Shown here: positions 16,019 to 24,980 of the stretch, one piece after another
Layout of the letters: each line of letters opens with the position of its first letter
Numbering within the stretch: position 1 is the stretch's first letter
Origin: an uncultured Muribaculaceae bacterium
GTDB lineage: Bacteria > Bacillota_I > Bacilli_A > RF39 > UBA660
Direction of reading: 5' to 3'
DNA length: 25,648 nucleotides
NCBI GenBank assembly: GCA_964397275.1
Contig: CAYNHX010000004.1
Span: 1,129 to 26,776 of the forward strand
Position numbers and translations under genes: made by a program
Notes under the pieces: model-generated
What the model was told of the DNA's origin: nothing
What the model saw: only the letters and a program-made list of their open reading frames with translations
Database searches by the model: none

Positions 16019-16795
16019 ATGATAAATATATTTAAAGAACTTTATACATATAGAGAGTTACTCAGAACAAGTATAAAAAAAGAAATAAGAGGCAAATACA
16101 AAGGGGCATGGTTAGGTATAGTATGGTCATTTTTAAATCCACTACTGATGCTTTTGGTGTATTCAATAGTTTTTCCTTATATTTTAAGAATAAAAATTGA
16201 AAATTATCCTATATTTTTAATGATTGCGCTAGTTCCATGGACATTTTTTACAAATACAATTCAATTAGGTGCCGGCAGTGTCGTTTCAAATGATAATATA
16301 ATAAAAAAAGTGTATTTTCCTAGAGAAATATTGCCAATATCTGTTGTCACTAGTGGACTAATTAATTTTCTTATAACATGTATAATAATGTTTATTTTCA
16401 TTATATTTTCTGGTGTTGGTATTTCTTGGGTTATAGTCTTTTTTCCATTAGTAGTATTAATACAATACATTTTTATTTTAGGAATAACATTAGTGTTATC
16501 ATCTTTGACAGTATATATTAGGGATCTAGAGCATTTTGTAGGAGTGTTTTTACTAATGTTATTTTATATAACGCCAATAGTATACAATCCAGAATTATTA
16601 CCATTAAAGTTTAAATGGGTATTATCTGCTAATCCAATGGCAATTATAATACAGTCATATAGGCAAATAATGTATTACAAAGAGATACCCAATTTATTGT
16701 GTTTATTTATGCTAATAGTTTTTTGTTTATTACTATTATTATTTGGATTTTTAATTTTTAAAAAATTACAAAAAAGTTTTGCAGAAGAATTATAG
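16019..16795 (+). CDS. wzm: Polysaccharide-export ABC transporter permease (Wzm/TagG/RgpC-like)
   Basis: IRGKYKGAWLGIVWSFLNPLL, KKVYFPRE, YIRDLEH, FYITPIVY, NPMAIII; about 6 TM segments. Start set at ATG 16019 (GGGTGA upstream) rather than TTG 16004. Confidence 0.93.
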   Translation: MINIFKELYTYRELLRTSIKKEIRGKYKGAWLGIVWSFLNPLLMLLVYSIVFPYILRIKIENYPIFLMIALVPWTFFTNTIQLGAGSVVSNDNIIKKVYFPREILPISVVTSGLINFLITCIIMFIFIIFSGVGISWVIVFFPLVVLIQYIFILGITLVLSSLTVYIRDLEHFVGVFLLMLFYITPIVYNPELLPLKFKWVLSANPMAIIIQSYRQIMYYKEIPNLLCLFMLIVFCLLLLLFGFLIFKKLQKSFAEEL

Positions 16796-16807
16796 TAGGA
16801 GGATATT

Positions 16808-17227
16808 TTGGCAAAAAAAGAAAAAGATGTTGAAAAAATGGAATTAGGAACAAAAATTTATAAATTAACAATAATGAATGAATCATTATCTAAAGAAAAT
16901 ATTTTTTTAAAACAAAACTTAAAAAAATATATGTATTTTTCTGAATTTTCTGATAGCATACTATTTAAGATGATAATGTGGATATTTAAAAAAATATATA
17001 ATATAAACTTTTTATTGTGCAGAGTAGCAAGAAAAATTTGGAGAAAAATTATTGCCAATAATTACAAAAATAATCATAATAATACAAAATATTTTACAAG
17101 ATATGAAAGAAGACTACTTAATAAAATAGACAAAATAAATAAAAAACTTAAAAAAAGTGAATCACTAATTAAAAATATTACTTTATATAAAGATGAGGAA
17201 ATAAAAAATGGAAAAACGAAGTATTAA
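16808..17227 (+). CDS. Hypothetical basic coiled-coil / amphipathic-helix protein (139 aa)
   Basis: TTG start with strong RBS AGGAGG at 16797-16802. Heptad-like N- and C-terminal helices flank the amphipathic segment SILFKMIMWIFKKIY. Sits inside the operon. Confidence 0.65.
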   Translation: MAKKEKDVEKMELGTKIYKLTIMNESLSKENIFLKQNLKKYMYFSEFSDSILFKMIMWIFKKIYNINFLLCRVARKIWRKIIANNYKNNHNNTKYFTRYERRLLNKIDKINKKLKKSESLIKNITLYKDEEIKNGKTKY

Positions 17228-18257
17228 TTATAAACCCAAAATCGCATTAATTGTTGATAATGATAATTGGGCTTTTGCAAATATAGCTAGACAAGTTGTA
17301 AAATATTTAAATGAATATTATGATTTTAGAATTATTCCTATAGATTACTTAAATGAAGACATAATTAGTATTTTTTTAATGTGCCAAAATGAAGATTTAA
17401 TACATTTTTTTTGGAGAGGACTTATTGTAGAAACATTTTCAAATGAAACAAGGCGAAGAATAAACGCAATGGGTATTAGTTATAGAAAATTTTTGAATAA
17501 GTATGTGAAGAAAAAAAATATTTCTACAGGTATATATGATCATTTGTTTTCAAATGAAGATGATATTGAATATATAAATAAGATGTCATTTATAATTAAT
17601 AAATATTCTGTTTCTTCAAACAAACTATTTAAAATATATAATGATTTAAATATACAAAAAAAGCCAACAATGGTTATTACAGATGGAGTAGATAATAAAA
17701 TTTTTTCACCAAAAAATTTAAAAAGATTTAATAATATTTCGAAAAGGGAAATTGTAATTGGTTGGGTTGGAAATAGTGATTGGGCAGGAGAAATAGCAAA
17801 AGATTTAAAAGGTGTAAATACAATATTAAAGCCAGCAATAGAAGAATTAATGAAGGAAGGATATAAAATAAAACCTTATTTTGCAGATAGACAAATTAGG
17901 ATGATACCTCATTCAGAAATGCCACTTTATTATTCAAAAATTGATTTATATATATGTACTTCGCAAGTTGAGGGAACACCAAATCCGGTACTGGAAGCAA
18001 TGGCATGTGGAGTACCAATTATATCAACCGATGTGGGGATAGTGAGAGATGCTTTTGGCGAGTTACAATCAAAATACATTTTAGAAAAAAGAAACAAATC
18101 AATTTTAAAAGAAAAAATAATTCAATTAATAAATAGACCGGGAGAATTTAAAAAATTATCAGAAGAAAATTTGCAAAAAATTAACGATTGGTCTTGGGAA
18201 AAAAAGGCAGAAGAATTTAAAAAATTTTTTGATTTATGTGTTAAGAAAGAGGAATAA
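17208..18257 (+). CDS. Glycosyltransferase, GT4-like
   Basis: VIGWVGNS, DLKG, SQVEGTPNPVLEAMACGVPIISTDVG (EX7E), WSWE; RBS GAGGA at 17195-17199. Confidence 0.9.
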   Translation: MEKRSINYKPKIALIVDNDNWAFANIARQVVKYLNEYYDFRIIPIDYLNEDIISIFLMCQNEDLIHFFWRGLIVETFSNETRRRINAMGISYRKFLNKYVKKKNISTGIYDHLFSNEDDIEYINKMSFIINKYSVSSNKLFKIYNDLNIQKKPTMVITDGVDNKIFSPKNLKRFNNISKREIVIGWVGNSDWAGEIAKDLKGVNTILKPAIEELMKEGYKIKPYFADRQIRMIPHSEMPLYYSKIDLYICTSQVEGTPNPVLEAMACGVPIISTDVGIVRDAFGELQSKYILEKRNKSILKEKIIQLINRPGEFKKLSEENLQKINDWSWEKKAEEFKKFFDLCVKKEE

Positions 18258-18258
18258 T

Positions 18259-20388
18259 ATGATTAAAAACATTAATAATTTTTTAAAAATGAATTTTAAT
18301 AAGTTTATAAAGCATTTTGATAAAAACGATTTAATAATATTTTTGATAATATTCTTTGGATTAATGATATGGTTATTAGCATTTTTTCCTGGTGTGATTT
18401 CTGAAGATAGTATAAGTCAATATAAATTGGCCAAAGGACTACAAAAGTTAAATGATTTTCACCCAATAATACACACGTTATTATTAAAATTACTTTATAA
18501 GATATGGGATAATTATGCTGTGGTTTCTTTATTTCAAATAATTTCTTTTTCTTTTATATGGACGTTTTTATGTAAAATAACAAGAAGATCAGTAAAAACA
18601 AATTTTTTTCAAATAATTTTTACATGTATAATATTATCTTTTCCAATTGTTTCTTTGTATTCAATCACTTTGTGGAAAGACATATTATATACATACACAA
18701 TGTTAATATTTTGCGGTATTATTTACAGTGGCATTAAAAAAGAATTTGTATTTTCAAAAAAAGAGCTTTATTTTCATGCACTTATGTTGGTTTTAATATC
18801 AAAATTTAGACATAACGGATTAGGAGTTATGACAGGACTTTTGTTTTTTGAGATGCTATTATTGTTTTTAAAAAAATATAAAAAAAACATAATTACATCT
18901 TTTTTAAGCGTGTTTTTAATAATTTTTATTGCTTTTTCAGCCCCTAAATATATTTTAAATTTAGACGGACTTGAAATAAGTGGAGTGCATAATTACTTTT
19001 ATATTGTTGGAGCATATGCTAAAGAAGATTATATAGAAGATAAGGATATGAAAATTCTCTCAAAAATTAAAAACGAAAAAAATTGGAAAAACGATTATTA
19101 TCCATTTTGTATAAATAGCATGTACCTTAATATTGATGATAAATATTTATACAGCGAAAAAGCAAATGAAGAAGTAAAATCCATTGCAATTAAATACATA
19201 TTTAAAAATCCTAAAATATTTATTATTCACCAATTAAAGGCGACATCTATTGTTTGGAGCATAAAACCATTGCCCAATTCTTATACATATATTGTATCTT
19301 TTGATAAAAACAATAATATTGGTTTAGTTAACGAGTCAAGGAATAAAATTTTTAATTACGTATTGACAAAATATACGACTTTTCAGGTATATAGTCAGAG
19401 TTCTCTGTTATATATATTTTATAGACCAGCATCATCATTATATATGTCAATTTTATTAATATTAATACTTTTTTTAAGAAAGAAGAAAATACATTATTTT
19501 TATATTTTATTACCCGCTTTATTAAATAGTGCAACATTAATGATTTGGTGCCCTGCACAAGATTTAAGATATGTTTATATAAATTTTCTAACTTTAATTT
19601 TTGTAATATTAGTTTTTTATAACGAAATGTTTAAAGACAAAGAAGCAGAAAATATAAAAAGAAATATTTCCAACATGAAAAAGAAAAAATTAAAAATATT
19701 AACAATAATACCTTCATATAATGAAGAAAAAAGTATTGAAAAAACAATTGATGATTTAAGAAAAAATAATTCAAATATGGATTACATAGTAATAAATGAT
19801 GGTTCAAAAGATTTCACACAGAAAGTTTTAGAAAAAAATAATTATAACCACATAAGTCTTATTCACAATTTGGGAATTGGAGGTGCTGTGCAGACAGGAT
19901 ATAAGTATGCAAAAGAAAATGGTTATGACATAGCAATTCAGTTTGATGGTGACGGGCAACACAATGGTAAATATATTAAAGAACTAATAAAGCCAATCCT
20001 TGATGAAGATTATGATTTAGTAATTGGATCAAGATTTATAGGAAACTTAAGCAAATATAAATCTACCAAGTCAAGAAGACTTGGCATAAAAATAATATCA
20101 TTATTTATAAAAGTTTTTACAAAGAAAAAGATTTACGACACAACGTCTGGATTTAGGGCTTGCAACAAAAGGATTATTGATATTTTTTCAGAAAATTATC
20201 CTGTAGAATATCCAGAACCAGTTTCTACAGTTTGGCTTTTAAAAAATAACTATACAATAAAAGAAATACCAGTGATTATGAAGGAACGAACTGAAGGTAA
20301 CTCATCAATAAAAAAATGGAAATCTATATATTATATGATAAATGTAATCTTTTCGATAATAGTAACCGCAATAAGAAAAAACAAGTAA
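18259..20388 (+). CDS. Fusion: GT-C-like (DUF6020-type) multi-pass membrane domain plus C-terminal DPM1/GacI-like GT2 domain
   Basis: Uninterrupted ORF. N-terminal ~460 aa has many TM segments and FPGVISEDS..Q, FHPIIHTL, LWKD, FRHNG, RYVY. From about 19675 it reads IIPSYNEE, INDGSKD, NLGIGGAVQTG, QFDGDGQH, VIGSRF, DTTSGFRA, YPVEYPEP. Start set at ATG 18259 (GAGGA upstream). Confidence 0.85.
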   Translation: MIKNINNFLKMNFNKFIKHFDKNDLIIFLIIFFGLMIWLLAFFPGVISEDSISQYKLAKGLQKLNDFHPIIHTLLLKLLYKIWDNYAVVSLFQIISFSFIWTFLCKITRRSVKTNFFQIIFTCIILSFPIVSLYSITLWKDILYTYTMLIFCGIIYSGIKKEFVFSKKELYFHALMLVLISKFRHNGLGVMTGLLFFEMLLLFLKKYKKNIITSFLSVFLIIFIAFSAPKYILNLDGLEISGVHNYFYIVGAYAKEDYIEDKDMKILSKIKNEKNWKNDYYPFCINSMYLNIDDKYLYSEKANEEVKSIAIKYIFKNPKIFIIHQLKATSIVWSIKPLPNSYTYIVSFDKNNNIGLVNESRNKIFNYVLTKYTTFQVYSQSSLLYIFYRPASSLYMSILLILILFLRKKKIHYFYILLPALLNSATLMIWCPAQDLRYVYINFLTLIFVILVFYNEMFKDKEAENIKRNISNMKKKKLKILTIIPSYNEEKSIEKTIDDLRKNNSNMDYIVINDGSKDFTQKVLEKNNYNHISLIHNLGIGGAVQTGYKYAKENGYDIAIQFDGDGQHNGKYIKELIKPILDEDYDLVIGSRFIGNLSKYKSTKSRRLGIKIISLFIKVFTKKKIYDTTSGFRACNKRIIDIFSENYPVEYPEPVSTVWLLKNNYTIKEIPVIMKERTEGNSSIKKWKSIYYMINVIFSIIVTAIRKNK

Positions 20389-20446
20389 AAACGAATCGCT
20401 TAATATAGCAAGTTATAATATTATTTTATGAAAGAAGAGGTTTCTT

Positions 20447-22339
20447 ATGCTACAATTTATTATATTATTTGTGGTCTTAATTTTATCAATTAACTTTAGT
20501 CTAATATTTAAAAAGCAAACAGCTGAAACAATTCCATTTAGTATGTTGTTTATAGTTTTAGTATTATATTTTTTTGGATTATTTAATAAATTAAATTATG
20601 GGGTATATTTTTTAATTATATTAGTATTAATTGGAATAATATATATCTTAATAAAAATTACTAATAAAAATATTGATTACAATTTTTTTATAAATTATCC
20701 GACCTTATTTTTTATATTATTTTTTTTGTTAATGTTATTTTCTTCAAATAATAAATTGCTATTTGAGTGGGATGCCTTTACGCACTGGGGGACAACGGTA
20801 AAAAATATGTATATTTTAAATGATTTTGGTTCAAGTAATTTGGCAAGCACACAGATAAAACATTATCCACCAGGGATATCATTGTTCCAATATTTTTATA
20901 TTTTTTTGTGTGGGGCGTTTAAAGATGAATATTTAATAAATGCAATTACTTGTTTTTCATTTTCATTTTTGATGATACTATTTAGTGTTGTAAAAAGCAA
21001 AAAAATTACTTTTAATTTATTAATGTTTATTTTAATACTGATTATTCCAATTATGTATTTTAATAGTTATTATTATTCGATATATGTTGATGCACTTATT
21101 GGAATAATATTCGGTTATTTACTTATTATGTATTTTAACTGTAAATTCAATGTTTTTGCAATAATTAATATTTGTTTTACATTATTTGTTCTAATATTAA
21201 TTAAAGATATAGGTCTAATTATGGCAATATTATTTTTTATAATTGTCATAAGTGACACATCACTTTTTAAACAAAGTTTCAGCATCTTTTTATTAAATGG
21301 TAAAAATAGTAAAAAGCATGCTTTTTGGTCATTGATTAGTATGTTTTTTTCAATTATGATTGCAAAATTTTCTTGGGGAATATCATTAAAAATTAGAGAT
21401 ATAGGAACAGAAGTTTCTACAAGTTCTAATTTTCTTAAAATAATAAAATTATTTTCTTTGAAGCCACCAGAATATTATTCGACTGTTATTACAAATTACA
21501 TAAAATATCTATATGAGGGTGTGGATATTGGTTTTAAAATAAAAATATCCTTTTTTTCAGTATTAATGATAATTACAATAATATATACTTACATTCATTA
21601 TAAATGCCAAAAAAAACAAGAAAAAAACAGATTATTTTTTGTATATGCATATTTGTTATTAATTGTTTTTTCATATTTACTATTCTTAATGATATCTTAT
21701 CTTTGCTTTTTTTCTGAGTATGAGGCATTAAAATTGGCTTCAATATACAGGTATACGTCAACAATATTATTATCTATTTCATTGGTAACGATATATTATG
21801 TTCTTATTTATATAAAAGATAATAGTCACAAATTTTTATGTATAATAATTTTTATTTTATTATTTTTTGTTAGCCCAAACTCAATATTGAATTTAACAAT
21901 ATTTGCAAAAAATCATACTAAAAATAGTCAAGTATTAAGAGAACAGTATGATGACATAAAAAAAGTAAATAAAATTATTAATTGGAAAAAAGAAAAATTA
22001 TATTACATATCAATTAATGATGATGGATTCTCATATTATTTATCAAAATATTTAACGGTGCCAATTCAATTTAATAATGATAAGCCCAAATTAACTTGGT
22101 CAATAGGTAAAAAAAGAAATTCATCTGAAATTTGGATCAACGAAGAAATAGATGAGGAAAAATGGGCATATGTATTATATAAGGAATATGATTATGTATA
22201 CATTAATAATATTGATGAAATATTTATACAGCAATATGGCAATTTATTTTACGACAAAGGAGATGTAAAAAACAAAACATTATTTAAGGTTATAAAAGAT
22301 AGCAAGGATATTAAATTGTATAAAGTTAAATTGAAATAG
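20447..22339 (+). CDS. Large multi-pass membrane protein, probable GT-C fold glycosyltransferase
   Basis: Many TM segments; first external loop with EWDAFTHWG and HYPPG, later YVDALIG, LIKDIG, SIYRY; soluble C-terminal tail. The pattern resembles polyprenol-phosphate-sugar-dependent transferases. RBS GAGG. Confidence 0.65.
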   Translation: MLQFIILFVVLILSINFSLIFKKQTAETIPFSMLFIVLVLYFFGLFNKLNYGVYFLIILVLIGIIYILIKITNKNIDYNFFINYPTLFFILFFLLMLFSSNNKLLFEWDAFTHWGTTVKNMYILNDFGSSNLASTQIKHYPPGISLFQYFYIFLCGAFKDEYLINAITCFSFSFLMILFSVVKSKKITFNLLMFILILIIPIMYFNSYYYSIYVDALIGIIFGYLLIMYFNCKFNVFAIINICFTLFVLILIKDIGLIMAILFFIIVISDTSLFKQSFSIFLLNGKNSKKHAFWSLISMFFSIMIAKFSWGISLKIRDIGTEVSTSSNFLKIIKLFSLKPPEYYSTVITNYIKYLYEGVDIGFKIKISFFSVLMIITIIYTYIHYKCQKKQEKNRLFFVYAYLLLIVFSYLLFLMISYLCFFSEYEALKLASIYRYTSTILLSISLVTIYYVLIYIKDNSHKFLCIIIFILLFFVSPNSILNLTIFAKNHTKNSQVLREQYDDIKKVNKIINWKKEKLYYISINDDGFSYYLSKYLTVPIQFNNDKPKLTWSIGKKRNSSEIWINEEIDEEKWAYVLYKEYDYVYINNIDEIFIQQYGNLFYDKGDVKNKTLFKVIKDSKDIKLYKVKLK

Positions 22340-22356
22340 AACTAATAATACAATTG

Positions 22357-22365
22357 TGTTATAAT
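22357..22365 (+). promoter_or_regulatory. Extended -10 element for the DUF2304-GT4-oxidoreductase-transporter cassette
   Basis: TG-T-TATAAT in the 76-nt gap; RBS GGAGG at 22403-22407. Confidence 0.55.
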
Positions 22366-22415
22366 TAAAATATTAAATAAATAGTTTGAAAAAAAACATA
22401 ATGGAGGAAAGAAAC

Positions 22416-22766
22416 ATGTCTTTAAATTTAAAGGTGGTATCGCTATTATTTGTCTTTTTAGTAATATTTGTTATCATTTACATGGTGAGAAAAGAAAAAA
22501 TATCTATTAAATATTCACTAATATGGATGTTTTCAAATACACTATTATTGTTAGCAATAATAATTCCGGGATTTCTTGAATTTATAACAAATTTATTGGG
22601 TTTTAAAATTGCTTCTAATATGATTTTTGCCTTTATTATTTCAGTACTCATGATTATTACAATATCATTAACAATAATAGTATCAAGACAAAATGAAAAA
22701 ATAAAAATATTAATACAAGAATTATCTATATTGAAGTCAAGGTGCGAAAGAGGTAGTAAAAAATGA
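22416..22766 (+). CDS. DUF2304 family membrane protein (GacJ/WpsB-like partner of polyprenol-phosphate GT2)
   Basis: 3 TM segments; VRKEKISIKYSLIW, ITNLLGFKIASN, IIVSRQNEKIKILIQELSIL C-terminal helix. Start set at ATG 22416 after GGAGG. Confidence 0.85.
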   Translation: MSLNLKVVSLLFVFLVIFVIIYMVRKEKISIKYSLIWMFSNTLLLLAIIIPGFLEFITNLLGFKIASNMIFAFIISVLMIITISLTIIVSRQNEKIKILIQELSILKSRCERGSKK

Positions 22767-23896
22767 AAAAAATATGTATATTTACAGGATATTTTTTACC
22801 TCATCTTGGAGGAATAGAAAGATATGTTGACAAGTTAAGCTTGGCTTTAAAAGATAAAAACCACGAAATTATAATAGTTACATCCAATCATTTAAAAACA
22901 AAAAATTTTGAAAATAGAGAAGGAATAAAAATATATAAAATTCCAATTTTTTGTTTTTTTAAAAAGAGATATCCTATACCCAAAATTAATTTGGAATATT
23001 TTAAAATAATAAAAAAAGTAAAATCAGAAAATGCAAATTATTATATTGTAAATACCAGATTTCACCTAACTTCTCTTATTGGCGCAAAAATTGCAAAAAA
23101 GCAAAAAAAGCCTGTATTTTTAATTGAGCACGGAACAAATCATTTTACAGTAAATAATAAAATATTAGACTTTTTTGGTCATATCTATGAACATATTCTT
23201 ACAAGAATAATAAAAAGATATGTAAATAATTATTATGGTGTGTCAATGAAGTGTAATGAATGGTTAGAACATTTTAATATAAAAGCATCTGGAGTTTTTT
23301 ACAATTCTATAAGTCTAGATGATCAAAAGGAAGCTAATAATGATTATTTTAAAAAATACAATAAAAATAATATTATAATTTCTTATGTTGGAAGATTAAT
23401 AAAGGAAAAAGGCATATTAAATTTAATAAAAGCTTTTGAAGAAGTTGATTATGAAAACAAAAGATTACTGATAGCAGGAGATGGTAATTTGCTCAAGGAA
23501 ATAAGAAAAAACTATTCAAAATCAAAAAATATTGATATTTTAGGAAAATTAAATTTTATGGAAGTAATGTCATTATATAAAAGAACCGATATATTTGTAT
23601 GTCCTTCACTTTATCCGGAAGGGTTGCCCACATCAATATTGGAAGCAGGATTAATGAAATGTGCAGTTCTTGCGACACCTATGGGTGGAACAAAAGAAGT
23701 TATAAAAGATGATAGATATGGAATAATCACTAATGGTAGTATATATGAAATGAAGGAAAAGTTAGAAGAGCTTATTAGCAATAGTGAAAAAAGAAAAACT
23801 TGCGGTGAAAATTTGTTTAATAGAGTGGCTAAGGATTTTAATTGGCAAATAGTTGCAAAAAAAGTAATAGAAGAATTTATAAAATTAGGAGAATAA
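22763..23896 (+). CDS. Glycosyltransferase, GT4-like
   Basis: YFLPHLGGIERY, LIEHG, YVGRLIKEKG, IAGDG, PSLYPEGLPTSILEAG (EX7E), ATPMGG; ATGA overlap with DUF2304. Confidence 0.92.
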   Translation: MKKICIFTGYFLPHLGGIERYVDKLSLALKDKNHEIIIVTSNHLKTKNFENREGIKIYKIPIFCFFKKRYPIPKINLEYFKIIKKVKSENANYYIVNTRFHLTSLIGAKIAKKQKKPVFLIEHGTNHFTVNNKILDFFGHIYEHILTRIIKRYVNNYYGVSMKCNEWLEHFNIKASGVFYNSISLDDQKEANNDYFKKYNKNNIIISYVGRLIKEKGILNLIKAFEEVDYENKRLLIAGDGNLLKEIRKNYSKSKNIDILGKLNFMEVMSLYKRTDIFVCPSLYPEGLPTSILEAGLMKCAVLATPMGGTKEVIKDDRYGIITNGSIYEMKEKLEELISNSEKRKTCGENLFNRVAKDFNWQIVAKKVIEEFIKLGE

Positions 23897-23897
23897 C

Positions 23898-24980
23898 ATG
23901 AAGAAATTAAAAATAGCAATTATAGGTGCGGGAAACATTTCGAATACCAGACATATTCCTGCATTGAAAAAAAATAAAAATGTTGAAATATACGGGGTAA
24001 TCAGTAATAATCAAAAAAACATTATAAAAACCACAAATAAGCATAAAATAAAAAATTATTTATTGCTTAGTGATAATGAAAAAGATATTTTTAAAGAGAT
24101 GTCAAATTGTAAATGGTTTAAGGAAACAAATGCTGTAGTTATTGGGGCACCGCCTCAAAAACATTTTTGTTTAGCAAAAGCCGCCCTTAAAAATAATAAG
24201 CATGTATTAATTGAAAAACCAATGACAATGAATATTAATGAATCAAACGAATTAATTATATTAGCAAAGGAAAAAAATAAGAACCTTTGTGTAATGCATA
24301 ACTTTCAATTTTCTTCAGGAATAAAAAAACTCGAAGAAATGATTAATAAAAATAAACTGGGAGAAATAGTTTCAATATGTGAAACCCAATTTACAAATAG
24401 GAATAGGAGACTTCCTGATTGGTATAATGAATTACCATTAGGATTATTTTATGATGAAGCACCACATTTTATTTATTTATTAGAGAAATTTGGTGGTGAA
24501 ATAAAAATAAAAAATGTATACATTGAAGAGAGTAAAGATACTCATGAAAATACACCAATATTTATTAATATATCACTAGTCACAAAACAATATCCAGCAA
24601 ATATATTTATTAATTTTAATTCGCCTATTTGTGAGTGGCTTTTCATTGTTTGTTGTACAAAAAAAATTGGCATTTATGATTTGTTTAAAGATATACTTGT
24701 TATTTTACCAACAGATAAAGAACACTATGCGGTGGACATATTAAAAAATTCATTTAGTTATACTTTTCAGTATTGGTGGGGATTTATTAAAAATGGTTTT
24801 AAAATGATTGGGGGTAATTTGCTATATGGACACGACATATTGATTTCAAAATTTGTTTCTGCAATATTAGAAGATAAAATTATTTCAAATAATTTTTCTG
24901 GAGTTCAAGGACAAAACAATATCCGTTGTTTAAATGATATAATTATTAAAGCAAAAGAAAAACAGGAGAATACAAAATGA
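23898..24980 (+). CDS. Gfo/Idh/MocA family NAD(P)-dependent oxidoreductase
   Basis: Rossmann IAIIGAGNIS, H...AKAALKNNKHVLIEKPM, HNFQF, GEIVSI, DEAPH (DxxxH). Confidence 0.9.
   Translation: MKKLKIAIIGAGNISNTRHIPALKKNKNVEIYGVISNNQKNIIKTTNKHKIKNYLLLSDNEKDIFKEMSNCKWFKETNAVVIGAPPQKHFCLAKAALKNNKHVLIEKPMTMNINESNELIILAKEKNKNLCVMHNFQFSSGIKKLEEMINKNKLGEIVSICETQFTNRNRRLPDWYNELPLGLFYDEAPHFIYLLEKFGGEIKIKNVYIEESKDTHENTPIFINISLVTKQYPANIFINFNSPICEWLFIVCCTKKIGIYDLFKDILVILPTDKEHYAVDILKNSFSYTFQYWWGFIKNGFKMIGGNLLYGHDILISKFVSAILEDKIISNNFSGVQGQNNIRCLNDIIIKAKEKQENTK

Noticed and set aside
11650-20727. A8/T8 homopolymers in glycan genes as possible phase-variation sites
   Set aside because: I noticed no run longer than about 8, no G/C tracts, and all frames are intact; such runs are expected in DNA this AT-rich.
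8830-23919. Other short minus-strand ORFs (8830-9036, 10913-11095, 11111-11305, 16261-16470, 16858-17058, 19352-19558, 21573-21764, 23611-23919)
   Set aside because: Shadow ORFs opposite real genes; I found no convincing RBS, promoter or family signal.
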